Shown piece after piece: positions 1 to 8,388 of a DNA stretch of 64,000 nt. The stretch's first letter is position 1. Every line of letters starts with the position of its first letter. The notes under the pieces are model-generated. The model saw only the letters and a list, made by a program, of their open reading frames with translations. It was not told the DNA's origin and made no database searches. The position numbers were made by a program, and so were the translations under genes. The stretch is from an uncultured Alphaproteobacteria bacterium (GTDB lineage Bacteria > Pseudomonadota > Alphaproteobacteria > Micropepsales > Micropepsaceae): positions 50,517-114,516 of the forward strand of contig CAVPYO010000021.1 of NCBI GenBank assembly GCA_963710025.1. Reading direction: 5' to 3'.

Positions 1-1542
1 CATCCGGACGTATTGCATGGTTTGGGTGTGCTTTGCATTCAAAGCAGACGGGTCGAGGAGGCGGAGGAATATTTCCGGCGGGCGGTTGCTGCGGCGCCGC
101 AAGCCGCCGAGATCCGCAATTATCTCGGCCTGACGCTTTCTCGGCTCGGGCGCAACGAAGAGGCCGTTGTCGAGTTCGAGACGGCGCTAAAAATAAAACC
201 TGACTTAACCGACACGCTCGACAATCTCGGAAACGTGCTTCTGACGATGGGGCGTTATGAAGAGGCCGTTTACAGGTTCGAAGAGGCGCTGGCCGCGCGT
301 CCCGATGATACCGCGGCGCTCACGGGTCTAGGCGATGCGCTGAGCATCCTTGGCCGACATGCCGAAGCGCAAGATGCATTCGAGAAGCTTCTGGCCGTCG
401 ATCCTAAAAACTCGGCGGCCCATTTCGGAATCGGCACCATCATGAAGCAGCTGGGCCGGTTTACGGATGCGCGTCAAGCCTTCGAGCGCGCCGTGGCTCT
501 GTCGTTGAAGATTCCGGCCTATCACCGCGCCCTGGCGGAGACGGAGCGGTTTGGCGAAAACGATCCACGGCTTGCGGCGCTGGAGGAATTGGCGCGGGAT
601 GAGGACAGCTTCCCCGAAGACCAGAAGGTCGAACTCAATTTCGCGCTCGCGAAAGCTTATGATGATCTGAAGCGCTACGGTCTGGCGTTCGAGCGCCTGC
701 AAAAGGGCAATACGATCAAGCGCCGCCTGGTTGCCTATGACGAAGCGGCGGTCGTGGACATTTTTCGCGAGATTGCCGCGGAATTCACGCCCGCGCTCAT
801 GCAGTCGAAGCGCGAGGCGGGCCATCCGTCTGACGTGCCGGTGTTCATCGTCGGCATGCCGCGTTCGGGCACCTCGCTGGTCGAGCAGATCCTGGCGAGC
901 CATCCCGACGTCTTCGGCGCTGGCGAATTGACATATGTGCAGGACCTCATCATCGGCGGTCATGCGGGGGCGGAATATCCCTCCGGCATGGCGTCGCTTG
1001 CGAACGATACGCTTCGCCGATTCGGCGGGTTCTATTCGGTGCGGGCCCACGCCCTGGCGCCGCAGGCCAAACGCATCGTCGACAAGCTGCCGGCCAATTT
1101 TCGCCATATCGGGCTGATTCATCTGGCATTGCCGAATGCGCGCATCATTCATTTGCGCCGCGATCCGGTCGATACCTGCTTTTCATGCTATTCCAAACTC
1201 TTCTTGAGCGGCCTGAATTATACCTATGACCTTGGCGAGCTTGGCCGTTATTACAAAGCCTACGAGGCGTTGATGGCGCATTGGCGCGCCGTGCTGCCGC
1301 ACGACGCGATGCTCGACGTGCAATACGAAACCCTGACTGAAAATTTCGCGCAAGAGGCGCGGCGGATCGTAGAGTTTTGCGGCCTCGAATGGGACGAACG
1401 CTGCCTGAAGTTCTACGAGACCAAACGCGCCGTACGCACCCTAAGCGAATTCCAGGTGCGCCAGCCTCTCTTCAAAAGTTCGATCGGACGCTGGCGGCCA
1501 TATGAAAAATGGCTGCAACCGCTGTTCGATGCCTTGCGTTGA
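1..1542 (+). CDS. TPR-repeat sulfotransferase (5' truncated by window edge)
   Basis: The frame is open from base 1 (HPDVLHGLGV...). Several TPR-like repeats are followed by the PAPS-binding motif GMPRSGTSLVEQIL, then IVDKLPANF, RRDPVDTCFSCY and a C-terminal QVRQPL..SSIGRW, typical of the Sulfotransfer_3 family. Confidence 0.9.
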   Translation, partial: HPDVLHGLGVLCIQSRRVEEAEEYFRRAVAAAPQAAEIRNYLGLTLSRLGRNEEAVVEFETALKIKPDLTDTLDNLGNVLLTMGRYEEAVYRFEEALAARPDDTAALTGLGDALSILGRHAEAQDAFEKLLAVDPKNSAAHFGIGTIMKQLGRFTDARQAFERAVALSLKIPAYHRALAETERFGENDPRLAALEELARDEDSFPEDQKVELNFALAKAYDDLKRYGLAFERLQKGNTIKRRLVAYDEAAVVDIFREIAAEFTPALMQSKREAGHPSDVPVFIVGMPRSGTSLVEQILASHPDVFGAGELTYVQDLIIGGHAGAEYPSGMASLANDTLRRFGGFYSVRAHALAPQAKRIVDKLPANFRHIGLIHLALPNARIIHLRRDPVDTCFSCYSKLFLSGLNYTYDLGELGRYYKAYEALMAHWRAVLPHDAMLDVQYETLTENFAQEARRIVEFCGLEWDERCLKFYETKRAVRTLSEFQVRQPLFKSSIGRWRPYEKWLQPLFDALR

Positions 1543-1553
1543 GCCCTGTTCAT

Positions 1554-3314
1554 TCAGGGCGCTGTCAGCCCCAATTCCGCGCGCAGCTGTCCGGCGATCT
1601 CTTCGGCCTTTGGCCCGACGACGACCTGCACGCTGTCCCGCAGCTTGACGATGCCTCGGACACCGGCGGCGCGCAGCACGTCTTCGACCACCAGTGCCGG
1701 GTTGGCAACGCTCACCAGCAGCCTGCTGGAGCAGGTGGACAGCGCGCGGACGTTTTCGCGCCCACCCAAGCCTCGGACCAGGGCGCGAACGGCGTCAGGC
1801 GCCAACCCCGCGCCATTGCCCGATGGCGTTTCGCTCGGCGAGAGTTCTTGGCCGAGACGCGGCGCCTGCCCCGACTGCGCCAAGACCGCACGGATATCGC
1901 CGGCGACCTGATCCGCTATTGGCCCAAGAACGACTTGCAGCGTGTGCGACGAAGGCCGCACGAAGCCGCGCGCGCCCAAAGCCTTAAGCTGGTGCTCGTC
2001 GACGGCAGTGGACGATTCCAGCACCAGCCGCAGCCGCGTCATGCAGGCATCGACGCTCTGCAGATTCTCCGCGCCGCCAAGGGCGTCGAGAAACGCCCGT
2101 CCCCGCGCCTGAGCATTGATCACCGACTTCTTGACCTGCGGCGCGTCATCCTCCCGTCCAGGCGTCTTCAGATCGAAGGCGCTGATGGTGAAGCGGAACG
2201 TCGCGTAATAGACCGCAAAATACACCGCCCCCACCGGCAACAGCAGAAGCGGGCAGCTCGCCTTGTTGAAATTGATCACATAGTCGAAAAACCCGGCCGA
2301 GAAGCTGAAGCCGAGTCTGACGTGCAAAGCATCCATGAGGATCATGGACACGCCGGTCAGCACCGCATGAATGGCGAAGAGCGGCGGCGCCAGAAACATG
2401 AAACTGAATTCGATCGGCTCAGTCACGCCCGTGAGAAAGGCCGTCAGAGCCATCGAGGCCAGAAGGCCGCCCACCGCCTTGCGCCGCTCGGGCCGCACGG
2501 CATGGTACATGGCTAGGCAGGCTGCCGGCAGGCCGAACATCATCACCGGGAAGAAGCCGGACATGAAGGTCCCGGCACTGGGATCGCCGGCGAAGAAGCG
2601 TTTCAAGTCGCCGGTGGTGCCATGATAATCGCCGACGATAAACCAAGCGAGGTTGTTGAGGATGTGATGCAGGCCGGTGACGATCAACAGCCTGTTCAGA
2701 ACGCCGTACATGAAAAGTCCGAAGGCGCCCGCGCTCAGTACCGCATGGCTGCCGACGTCCATGCCCCGCGCAATCGTCGGTTCGCCAACGCCGATAATTG
2801 CGGCAAGAATCAAAGCGGCAAAGCCGGCGACGATGGGAACAAACCGCCGTCCCCCGAAGAACGCGAGATACTCCGGCAGCTTGATATCGTAGAAACGGTT
2901 ATAGAGCCCACCCGCCATGACGCCCGAAATGATGCCGATGGGGACGCCCAGTTTCTGCAGGGCATCGGTCCGGAAAGCTTCGGCAGCCAGATCGTGCGCT
3001 GCTGCGCCGAAGCCGGCGAACGCCGCCGGCGGCACCGGCAAGATCGCCTTGGCGCCGGCGGTCGCCACCAGAAAGCATACGCAGCCCGCAAGACCGGCGG
3101 CGCCGTGGTTTTCTTTTGCCAGTCCCACCGCCACGCCGACGGCGAAGAGCAGACCGAGGCCGGAAAACACGGCGCCTCCCGCCGCGGCGACGAACGGCAA
3201 ATTGAAAAGATCGGGTTGCCCAAGGCGCAGCATGAGGCCGGCGACCGGCAGCACGACGATCGGCAGCATCAAGGCGCGGCCCAGGGGCTGCAGGATTTCA
3301 GTGAAGGATTTCAT
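1554..3314 (-). CDS. nagE: PTS N-acetylglucosamine-specific EIICB component with a second C-terminal EIIB-like domain
   Basis: EIIC motifs (LGRALMLPIVVLP, GLHHILNN, LTGVTEPIEFSFMF) and EIIB motif LGGAENL..VDACMTRLRL. A second LGGRENV...TCSSRL domain follows. ATGA overlap with the upstream nagF; nag context. Confidence 0.92.
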   Translation of the reverse strand: MKSFTEILQPLGRALMLPIVVLPVAGLMLRLGQPDLFNLPFVAAAGGAVFSGLGLLFAVGVAVGLAKENHGAAGLAGCVCFLVATAGAKAILPVPPAAFAGFGAAAHDLAAEAFRTDALQKLGVPIGIISGVMAGGLYNRFYDIKLPEYLAFFGGRRFVPIVAGFAALILAAIIGVGEPTIARGMDVGSHAVLSAGAFGLFMYGVLNRLLIVTGLHHILNNLAWFIVGDYHGTTGDLKRFFAGDPSAGTFMSGFFPVMMFGLPAACLAMYHAVRPERRKAVGGLLASMALTAFLTGVTEPIEFSFMFLAPPLFAIHAVLTGVSMILMDALHVRLGFSFSAGFFDYVINFNKASCPLLLLPVGAVYFAVYYATFRFTISAFDLKTPGREDDAPQVKKSVINAQARGRAFLDALGGAENLQSVDACMTRLRLVLESSTAVDEHQLKALGARGFVRPSSHTLQVVLGPIADQVAGDIRAVLAQSGQAPRLGQELSPSETPSGNGAGLAPDAVRALVRGLGGRENVRALSTCSSRLLVSVANPALVVEDVLRAAGVRGIVKLRDSVQVVVGPKAEEIAGQLRAELGLTAP

Positions 3315-5827
3315 GACGGATTCCCTTCAGCGGTCGTAAATTGCTGCCGCAGAAACGCGCGTACGGCGGTGGGCGATTCAAGGTCGAGCGCCTTGCGGGC
3401 GGCGACGCGGCATGCATCGATGTTCAAAAGATGGATGGCCGCTTTCAGTTTTGGGATAGCGGGCGCCGGCACGGAAAGCTCCTCGATACCGAGGCCAAGC
3501 AGCAGCGGCGTTGCCAGCGGATCGGCGCCCAGCGCCCCGCACAAGCCGACCGGCTTTCGAGCGGCATGGGCGGCCTCGGCGGTTTGGGCGATGAGGCGCA
3601 ATATAGCGGGATGCAGCCCGTCCAACTGACTCGCTAGATCGCCATGCTCGCGATCGATCGCCAGGACGTATTGCGTCAGATCGTTGGTGCCGATGGACAG
3701 AAAGTCTGCTTCTTCCAGAAGCCGATCGGCCGTGAGCGCTGAAGCCGGCGTTTCGATCATCACCCCGAGCGAGGGAATCGGCAGACCGCCCAGTTCCTCG
3801 GCCAGCCGGTTCAGGATTGCACGCACCTCGCGCACTTCCGTTACCGAGTTGACCATCGGCAGCAGCAGCTTGCAACGGCCGGCGGGTTTTACCCGCAGCG
3901 CGGCGCGGAGTTGGGCGTCGAGCAAGTCCGGCCGGCGCAACGCCAGACGCAGTCCGCGCAGACCGAGGGCCGGGTTCGGTTCCGGTGGGAAGGCAAGATA
4001 AGGAACCGGCTTGTCGCCGCCGATGTCGAAGCTGCGCAGTACGAAAGGGCGGCCTTCGAGCGCGTCGGCGACGGCCTGATATTCGGCGTATTGTTCGTCC
4101 TCGGAAGGCGGCGCCGCGCGATTCATAAAAAGAAATTCGCTGCGCAACAGCCCGCAGCCTTCCGCCCCAAGACGCAGCGCGGCGGCGGCTTCCCCTGCTC
4201 CTGTGCCGAGATTGACGAAGACCTCGATCCGCGTGCCGTCGGCGGTGCGGCATTCCTCGCCGGCATGAGTCAGCACATCGGCGTGCCGCTTCGCGAGATG
4301 ATCGGCGGTTTGTCTGGCCGCCGCCAAAACGGCCGGCGACGGCGCCAGATGCAGTAGGCCGCGATCCGCATCGAGAACGACCTCGGCCCCTTCCACCGCG
4401 GTCAGGACTACAGGCCCCGCCGCCACCAACGCCGGAATGCCCATCGCCGCCGCGAGGATCGCAACATGCGATGTCGGACCGCCGCCCGCCGTCGCAAAGC
4501 CCGCTACCCTTGCCGGATCGAGATTGAGGAGGTCCGAGGGCAACAGTTCCTCGGCGATGAGAATGGCCCGCGCCGGCAAGACCGTCTCGGGCCCGCTTGG
4601 TTTGCCCGCCAGCGCCGCGAGCAGTTGGCGTTCGAGATCGAGAAGATCGCCCGACCGTTCGCGCAGCCGCGCATCGCCGCTGTTTTCCAGCACCGCGGCA
4701 TACGTCCGCACCATCTGCCGCCAGGCGAAGGCCGCGCTTTTCCCCTGCCCGATCAGCGCCAGCGCGCCATTCTGGAGTTCGGAATCGTCGATGAGCGCAA
4801 GATGAGCGGCGAGGATGTCTCGCTTCGCGCCGCTGGCGGCGGATGAAGCCTGTTCGAGACGCGCCTTTACCTCGGCTACGGCGCGGTGAAATGCGCTTGT
4901 CTCCTCGGCCACGCCGGCGCCCGCTTCTGCGACCGCGAAATCCTTGGCGTACAGATGCACCACATTTCCAAGCGCCAATCCAGAAGCCGCAATAATACCC
5001 TGCACGATATCGGCGGAGCGCATGGACGTCGGATCGGAGGTCGGATGCGGCCTTGGTGCAATACGAGCCGGCGCCGGCGGCTCCTTCGGCTCGACCTCTA
5101 TGAGCTGAGCCAGAGTTTGAATCGCCCGCAGTGCATCGGCCCCATTCGCCCTTAGAGTGACCTTGTCGTTCTGTCGTACGCCGAGGGCCATCAAGGCAAC
5201 GGCGCTTTTGGCATTGGCGCTGCGCCCGTCTCGCGACAGCGCGATGTCCGCCGCAAAATCCTTGGCACGCCGCGAGAGCAAGGCAGCGGGCCGAGCATGG
5301 AGGCCATGCGCCGATGCAACGACAACCTCGCGCGAGGCCATGCCATCGCCGCTGCCGACGGCTTGCTCGGCCACTACGGGCGCCAGCTCCATGAGGAATT
5401 CGCCGGCTTTGACTTCACGCTGCTCGGCGCGCCTGACGACGCTGAACGCCTCACCGTTTGCCACGACGATCGGGGAGATCAGGCTTTTCACGCGTGCGGC
5501 CAGAAATTCGAGATCGAATTTGAGCAGCGGCTCGCGCGCTTTTACCCGTTTGCCCTCGCTCAATTGGCCGCTGAAGCCTTGACCGTTAAGGGCCACGGTT
5601 TCCAGTCCGACATGAACCAGAATTTCGGCGCCGCAGTCTGCTTTCACTGTCACAGCATGTTTGGCGGAAGTAACGATGACACCGTCGCACGGAGCGTAGA
5701 GCGTCGAGTTGGTCGGATCGATGGCTAGGCCGTCGCCCATCATCCGGCCGGCGAACACCGGGTCCGGCACTTCGTCCAGCGCCGCCACCCAGCCTCGAAT
5801 CGGCGCAACGATTATGAAGTTCGACAC
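3311..5827 (-). CDS. nagF: Multiphosphoryl transfer protein EIIA-HPr-EI
   Basis: EIIA (DPVFAGRMMGDGLAI, LVHVGLETV), HPr (HGLHARPAA, AKSAVALMALG) and EI (GGPTSHVAILA, GLLRSEFLF, GVMIETP, SIGTNDLTQY). GTG start with an AAGGA RBS. Confidence 0.93.
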   Translation of the reverse strand: MSNFIIVAPIRGWVAALDEVPDPVFAGRMMGDGLAIDPTNSTLYAPCDGVIVTSAKHAVTVKADCGAEILVHVGLETVALNGQGFSGQLSEGKRVKAREPLLKFDLEFLAARVKSLISPIVVANGEAFSVVRRAEQREVKAGEFLMELAPVVAEQAVGSGDGMASREVVVASAHGLHARPAALLSRRAKDFAADIALSRDGRSANAKSAVALMALGVRQNDKVTLRANGADALRAIQTLAQLIEVEPKEPPAPARIAPRPHPTSDPTSMRSADIVQGIIAASGLALGNVVHLYAKDFAVAEAGAGVAEETSAFHRAVAEVKARLEQASSAASGAKRDILAAHLALIDDSELQNGALALIGQGKSAAFAWRQMVRTYAAVLENSGDARLRERSGDLLDLERQLLAALAGKPSGPETVLPARAILIAEELLPSDLLNLDPARVAGFATAGGGPTSHVAILAAAMGIPALVAAGPVVLTAVEGAEVVLDADRGLLHLAPSPAVLAAARQTADHLAKRHADVLTHAGEECRTADGTRIEVFVNLGTGAGEAAAALRLGAEGCGLLRSEFLFMNRAAPPSEDEQYAEYQAVADALEGRPFVLRSFDIGGDKPVPYLAFPPEPNPALGLRGLRLALRRPDLLDAQLRAALRVKPAGRCKLLLPMVNSVTEVREVRAILNRLAEELGGLPIPSLGVMIETPASALTADRLLEEADFLSIGTNDLTQYVLAIDREHGDLASQLDGLHPAILRLIAQTAEAAHAARKPVGLCGALGADPLATPLLLGLGIEELSVPAPAIPKLKAAIHLLNIDACRVAARKALDLESPTAVRAFLRQQFTTAEGNPS

Positions 5828-5831
5828 TTCT

Positions 5832-8237
5832 TTATTCCTTGTGTGACGCTGTCGCCGGGAGGAGCTGCACTTCGTCGATCGCCCAGATGGGGTCCACGCT
5901 GCGGCGTGTGAAGGTGAAACACAGATCGTGAACGCCTTGTTGCGGCTCGATCGTCGCGCGCAGCGTCGTTATCGCGTTGTCGGTTGCCGCCGCAGCGAGA
6001 GGCAGAATGGCGATGCGCTCGCCCTGGCAGCTGTCGAGGCGGACTACCAGCTCGCCGCTCGGCGTTTGCGGCGGAGTGAGCGGAATCTTGCGGATGTCCT
6101 GGCCGATCTGGAAATTGAAAGGCAGCCGGCCGACCGCCGCTTCGATGCTTCCTATGCCCGATAGGTCTGCCTGCTCGTACATCCAGCAAGGATTCATGAC
6201 GTTGACCATGAACATGGCGCGCTTACCATCCGGCTTGACGCCGCCTGCCAAAGAGAGCGGGAGGTCGTTCGTACACGGCTTCATCGCGTAGCTGCTGCGG
6301 CGCAGGACAGACAGAGCGTCGAGACTTTCTTGCGCCGGCGCCCCAAGCGCACGCGCGCGCCAAAACGCCGCTGAAGCGACGGTCGCGGGCAACGTCGTCG
6401 CAAAGGGTGCGGTATAGAGCGGCGAAGCTGCGGTCGGAATGCCGCCGTCGAGCGTGTAATGAATCTCGCCGAAACCGGCCTGATTGGCGAGCGACACGCG
6501 TGCACCCTTCCCTTCCGCCTGCGCATCGATCCGCACCGTCAAGGCGCTTTGCGAATGCGGTATGCCGAGCGCGCGGTAACGGCCGAATTGCGCCGGCAAC
6601 CGCTGTAGGAAATCCTGCCAATCGTGTTTGGCGGCGGGCGACCAAGCAAGTTCGGCAAGCGCGGCCGCGCGCGGGAACGCCGCGTAGTCGACGAGGTCAT
6701 CGCGGGCGATATATTCGGTCCAGATGCAGGCTTCCAGGCCGATGATATGGGCTTGCTGCTCCGCATTCAGTTGCGACGTGGCCGGATCGAAATCGTAGAC
6801 ATCCTTGAGCGAGATGAGATTGGCGCGGCAGGGCGGCTCTCCCGCGGTCTCCGACTGGCAATTGGAGAAATAAAGCTCGCTGCTGGGGGAGAGAACGACA
6901 TCGTGCCCGAGGCGCGCCGCCGTGACCGCCCCTTCTGGGCCGTGCCAGGAGGTGATAGCGGCGTTCGGCGCCAGCCCGCCGTTCATGATCTCGTCCCAGC
7001 CGATCAGACGGCGGCCGTGCGCGCTGAGAAATTTCCCGATCCTATCCACAAAATAGCTTTGCAGCGCATCCGCATCCTTGACGTGCCGGGCGCGCATCTG
7101 CCGGCGGATACGGGGAGAGGCGTTCCATTCGTCCTTGACCGCCTCGTCGCCGCCGACGTGAATATACCGGCTTGGGAAAAGGGCCATCACTTCGGTCAAC
7201 ACGTTTTCGAGGAAGGCGAAACTGGCGTCGTCGACATTGTAGAGGTAGGGGAAAATGCCCCAGTCGCCCGACACGCTCCTCGGCGGATGCTTGACGGAGG
7301 CGAGCTTGGGATAGGCGACGATCGCCGCGAGCGAGTGCCCGGGCATCTCGATCTCCGGCACGATCGTGACATTGCGCTGCCGGGCATAGGCAACGATGTC
7401 GCGCACATCATTCTGCGAATAATAGCCGCCATAGACTCCGGGCTGTCCGGGAACCCGCCGCCAAGCGCCGACAGCGGTCAGTTTGGGATACCGCTTGATC
7501 TGCAGGCGCCAGCCCTGATCGTCCGTCAAATGCCATTGGAGGACGTTGAGCTTGTGCAGTGCCATCGCGTCGATGAACGACTTCACGAAGCCGGGCGATT
7601 GAAAATGCCGTGAAGAATCGAGAAGGATTCCGCGCCAGCCAAAACGCGGGGCATCGACGATTTCCAAAGCGGGGACGTCGATCTGCCCGGCCGGTCCCTC
7701 CTCCTGGCTCAGTAATTGCCAAAACGTCACGGCGCCGTAAAGAAGCCCGGCGTTCGCGGCCGCGGAAATCACCACACCGTCCGACCCGACCTCAAGCCGA
7801 TAGGCTTCCGGATTCGCCGACAGAGGAGAAGTCACGCGCCGGAACATGACGGTCCCATGCGGCGCCCCGGAAACATCGCCGCCGACCGGCACCAGTGCGA
7901 TGCCGCGCGTGCGCCGAACCAGATCGCTCAAGTAGCCGGTCAGCCATGCGCAACCCTTGTCGCCTCCAGGGCATACCAGACGCGTTCCCGCCGCGACCGT
8001 GAAATGTCCTTGCCGCAGGACCAGCTCTTGCGGAAACGGGATCAGGGACAGCGGCGGCTTCGTCTCCGGCACAGGTGGCGGCGGTGCAACAAGGTTCTCG
8101 GCCCCACCGACGCGCTGGCTCGTCCAGTCCGGCATAATTCCCGAGCAAGAGGCAAGAAACGGCGCCGCGAGGATCGCCACCGCCCAAAGCTGCAACCCAA
8201 AGAGTGTCTGGCGAGGACAACGAGCGGCAATCTGCAT
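5832..8237 (-). CDS. Beta-N-acetylhexosaminidase (GH20) with chitobiase/Fn3-like and CBM6-like C-terminal domains; predicted lipoprotein
   Basis: GH20 motifs PRFGWRGILLDSSRH, QWHLTDDQGWR, PEIEMPGH and the catalytic HVGGDE. Lipobox-like LASC follows a hydrophobic stretch. Start set at ATG 8237 (the ORF track extends to 8360). Confidence 0.9.
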   Translation of the reverse strand: MQIAARCPRQTLFGLQLWAVAILAAPFLASCSGIMPDWTSQRVGGAENLVAPPPPVPETKPPLSLIPFPQELVLRQGHFTVAAGTRLVCPGGDKGCAWLTGYLSDLVRRTRGIALVPVGGDVSGAPHGTVMFRRVTSPLSANPEAYRLEVGSDGVVISAAANAGLLYGAVTFWQLLSQEEGPAGQIDVPALEIVDAPRFGWRGILLDSSRHFQSPGFVKSFIDAMALHKLNVLQWHLTDDQGWRLQIKRYPKLTAVGAWRRVPGQPGVYGGYYSQNDVRDIVAYARQRNVTIVPEIEMPGHSLAAIVAYPKLASVKHPPRSVSGDWGIFPYLYNVDDASFAFLENVLTEVMALFPSRYIHVGGDEAVKDEWNASPRIRRQMRARHVKDADALQSYFVDRIGKFLSAHGRRLIGWDEIMNGGLAPNAAITSWHGPEGAVTAARLGHDVVLSPSSELYFSNCQSETAGEPPCRANLISLKDVYDFDPATSQLNAEQQAHIIGLEACIWTEYIARDDLVDYAAFPRAAALAELAWSPAAKHDWQDFLQRLPAQFGRYRALGIPHSQSALTVRIDAQAEGKGARVSLANQAGFGEIHYTLDGGIPTAASPLYTAPFATTLPATVASAAFWRARALGAPAQESLDALSVLRRSSYAMKPCTNDLPLSLAGGVKPDGKRAMFMVNVMNPCWMYEQADLSGIGSIEAAVGRLPFNFQIGQDIRKIPLTPPQTPSGELVVRLDSCQGERIAILPLAAAATDNAITTLRATIEPQQGVHDLCFTFTRRSVDPIWAIDEVQLLPATASHKE

Positions 8238-8346
8238 GAACCAGCGATCCGGCCTGTTGCGAAGTGCCAAAGTCAAGGAGCGGAGCAACTTTCGCCACTC
8301 CGCTCCAGAACTTAACTTACTATGCAGGTTTGCACACGGGAAGGGC

Positions 8347-8378
8347 GAACCCGGGCGCACTTTGGCGCGCCCGGGTTC
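8347..8378 (-). promoter_or_regulatory. GC-rich intercistronic stem-loop after TBDR
   Basis: Perfect 12-bp inverted repeat GAACCCGGGCGC / GCGCCCGGGTTC with an 8-nt loop. No U-tract on the transcribed strand. Confidence 0.6.
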
Positions 8379-8388
8379 ATTTCATGCC

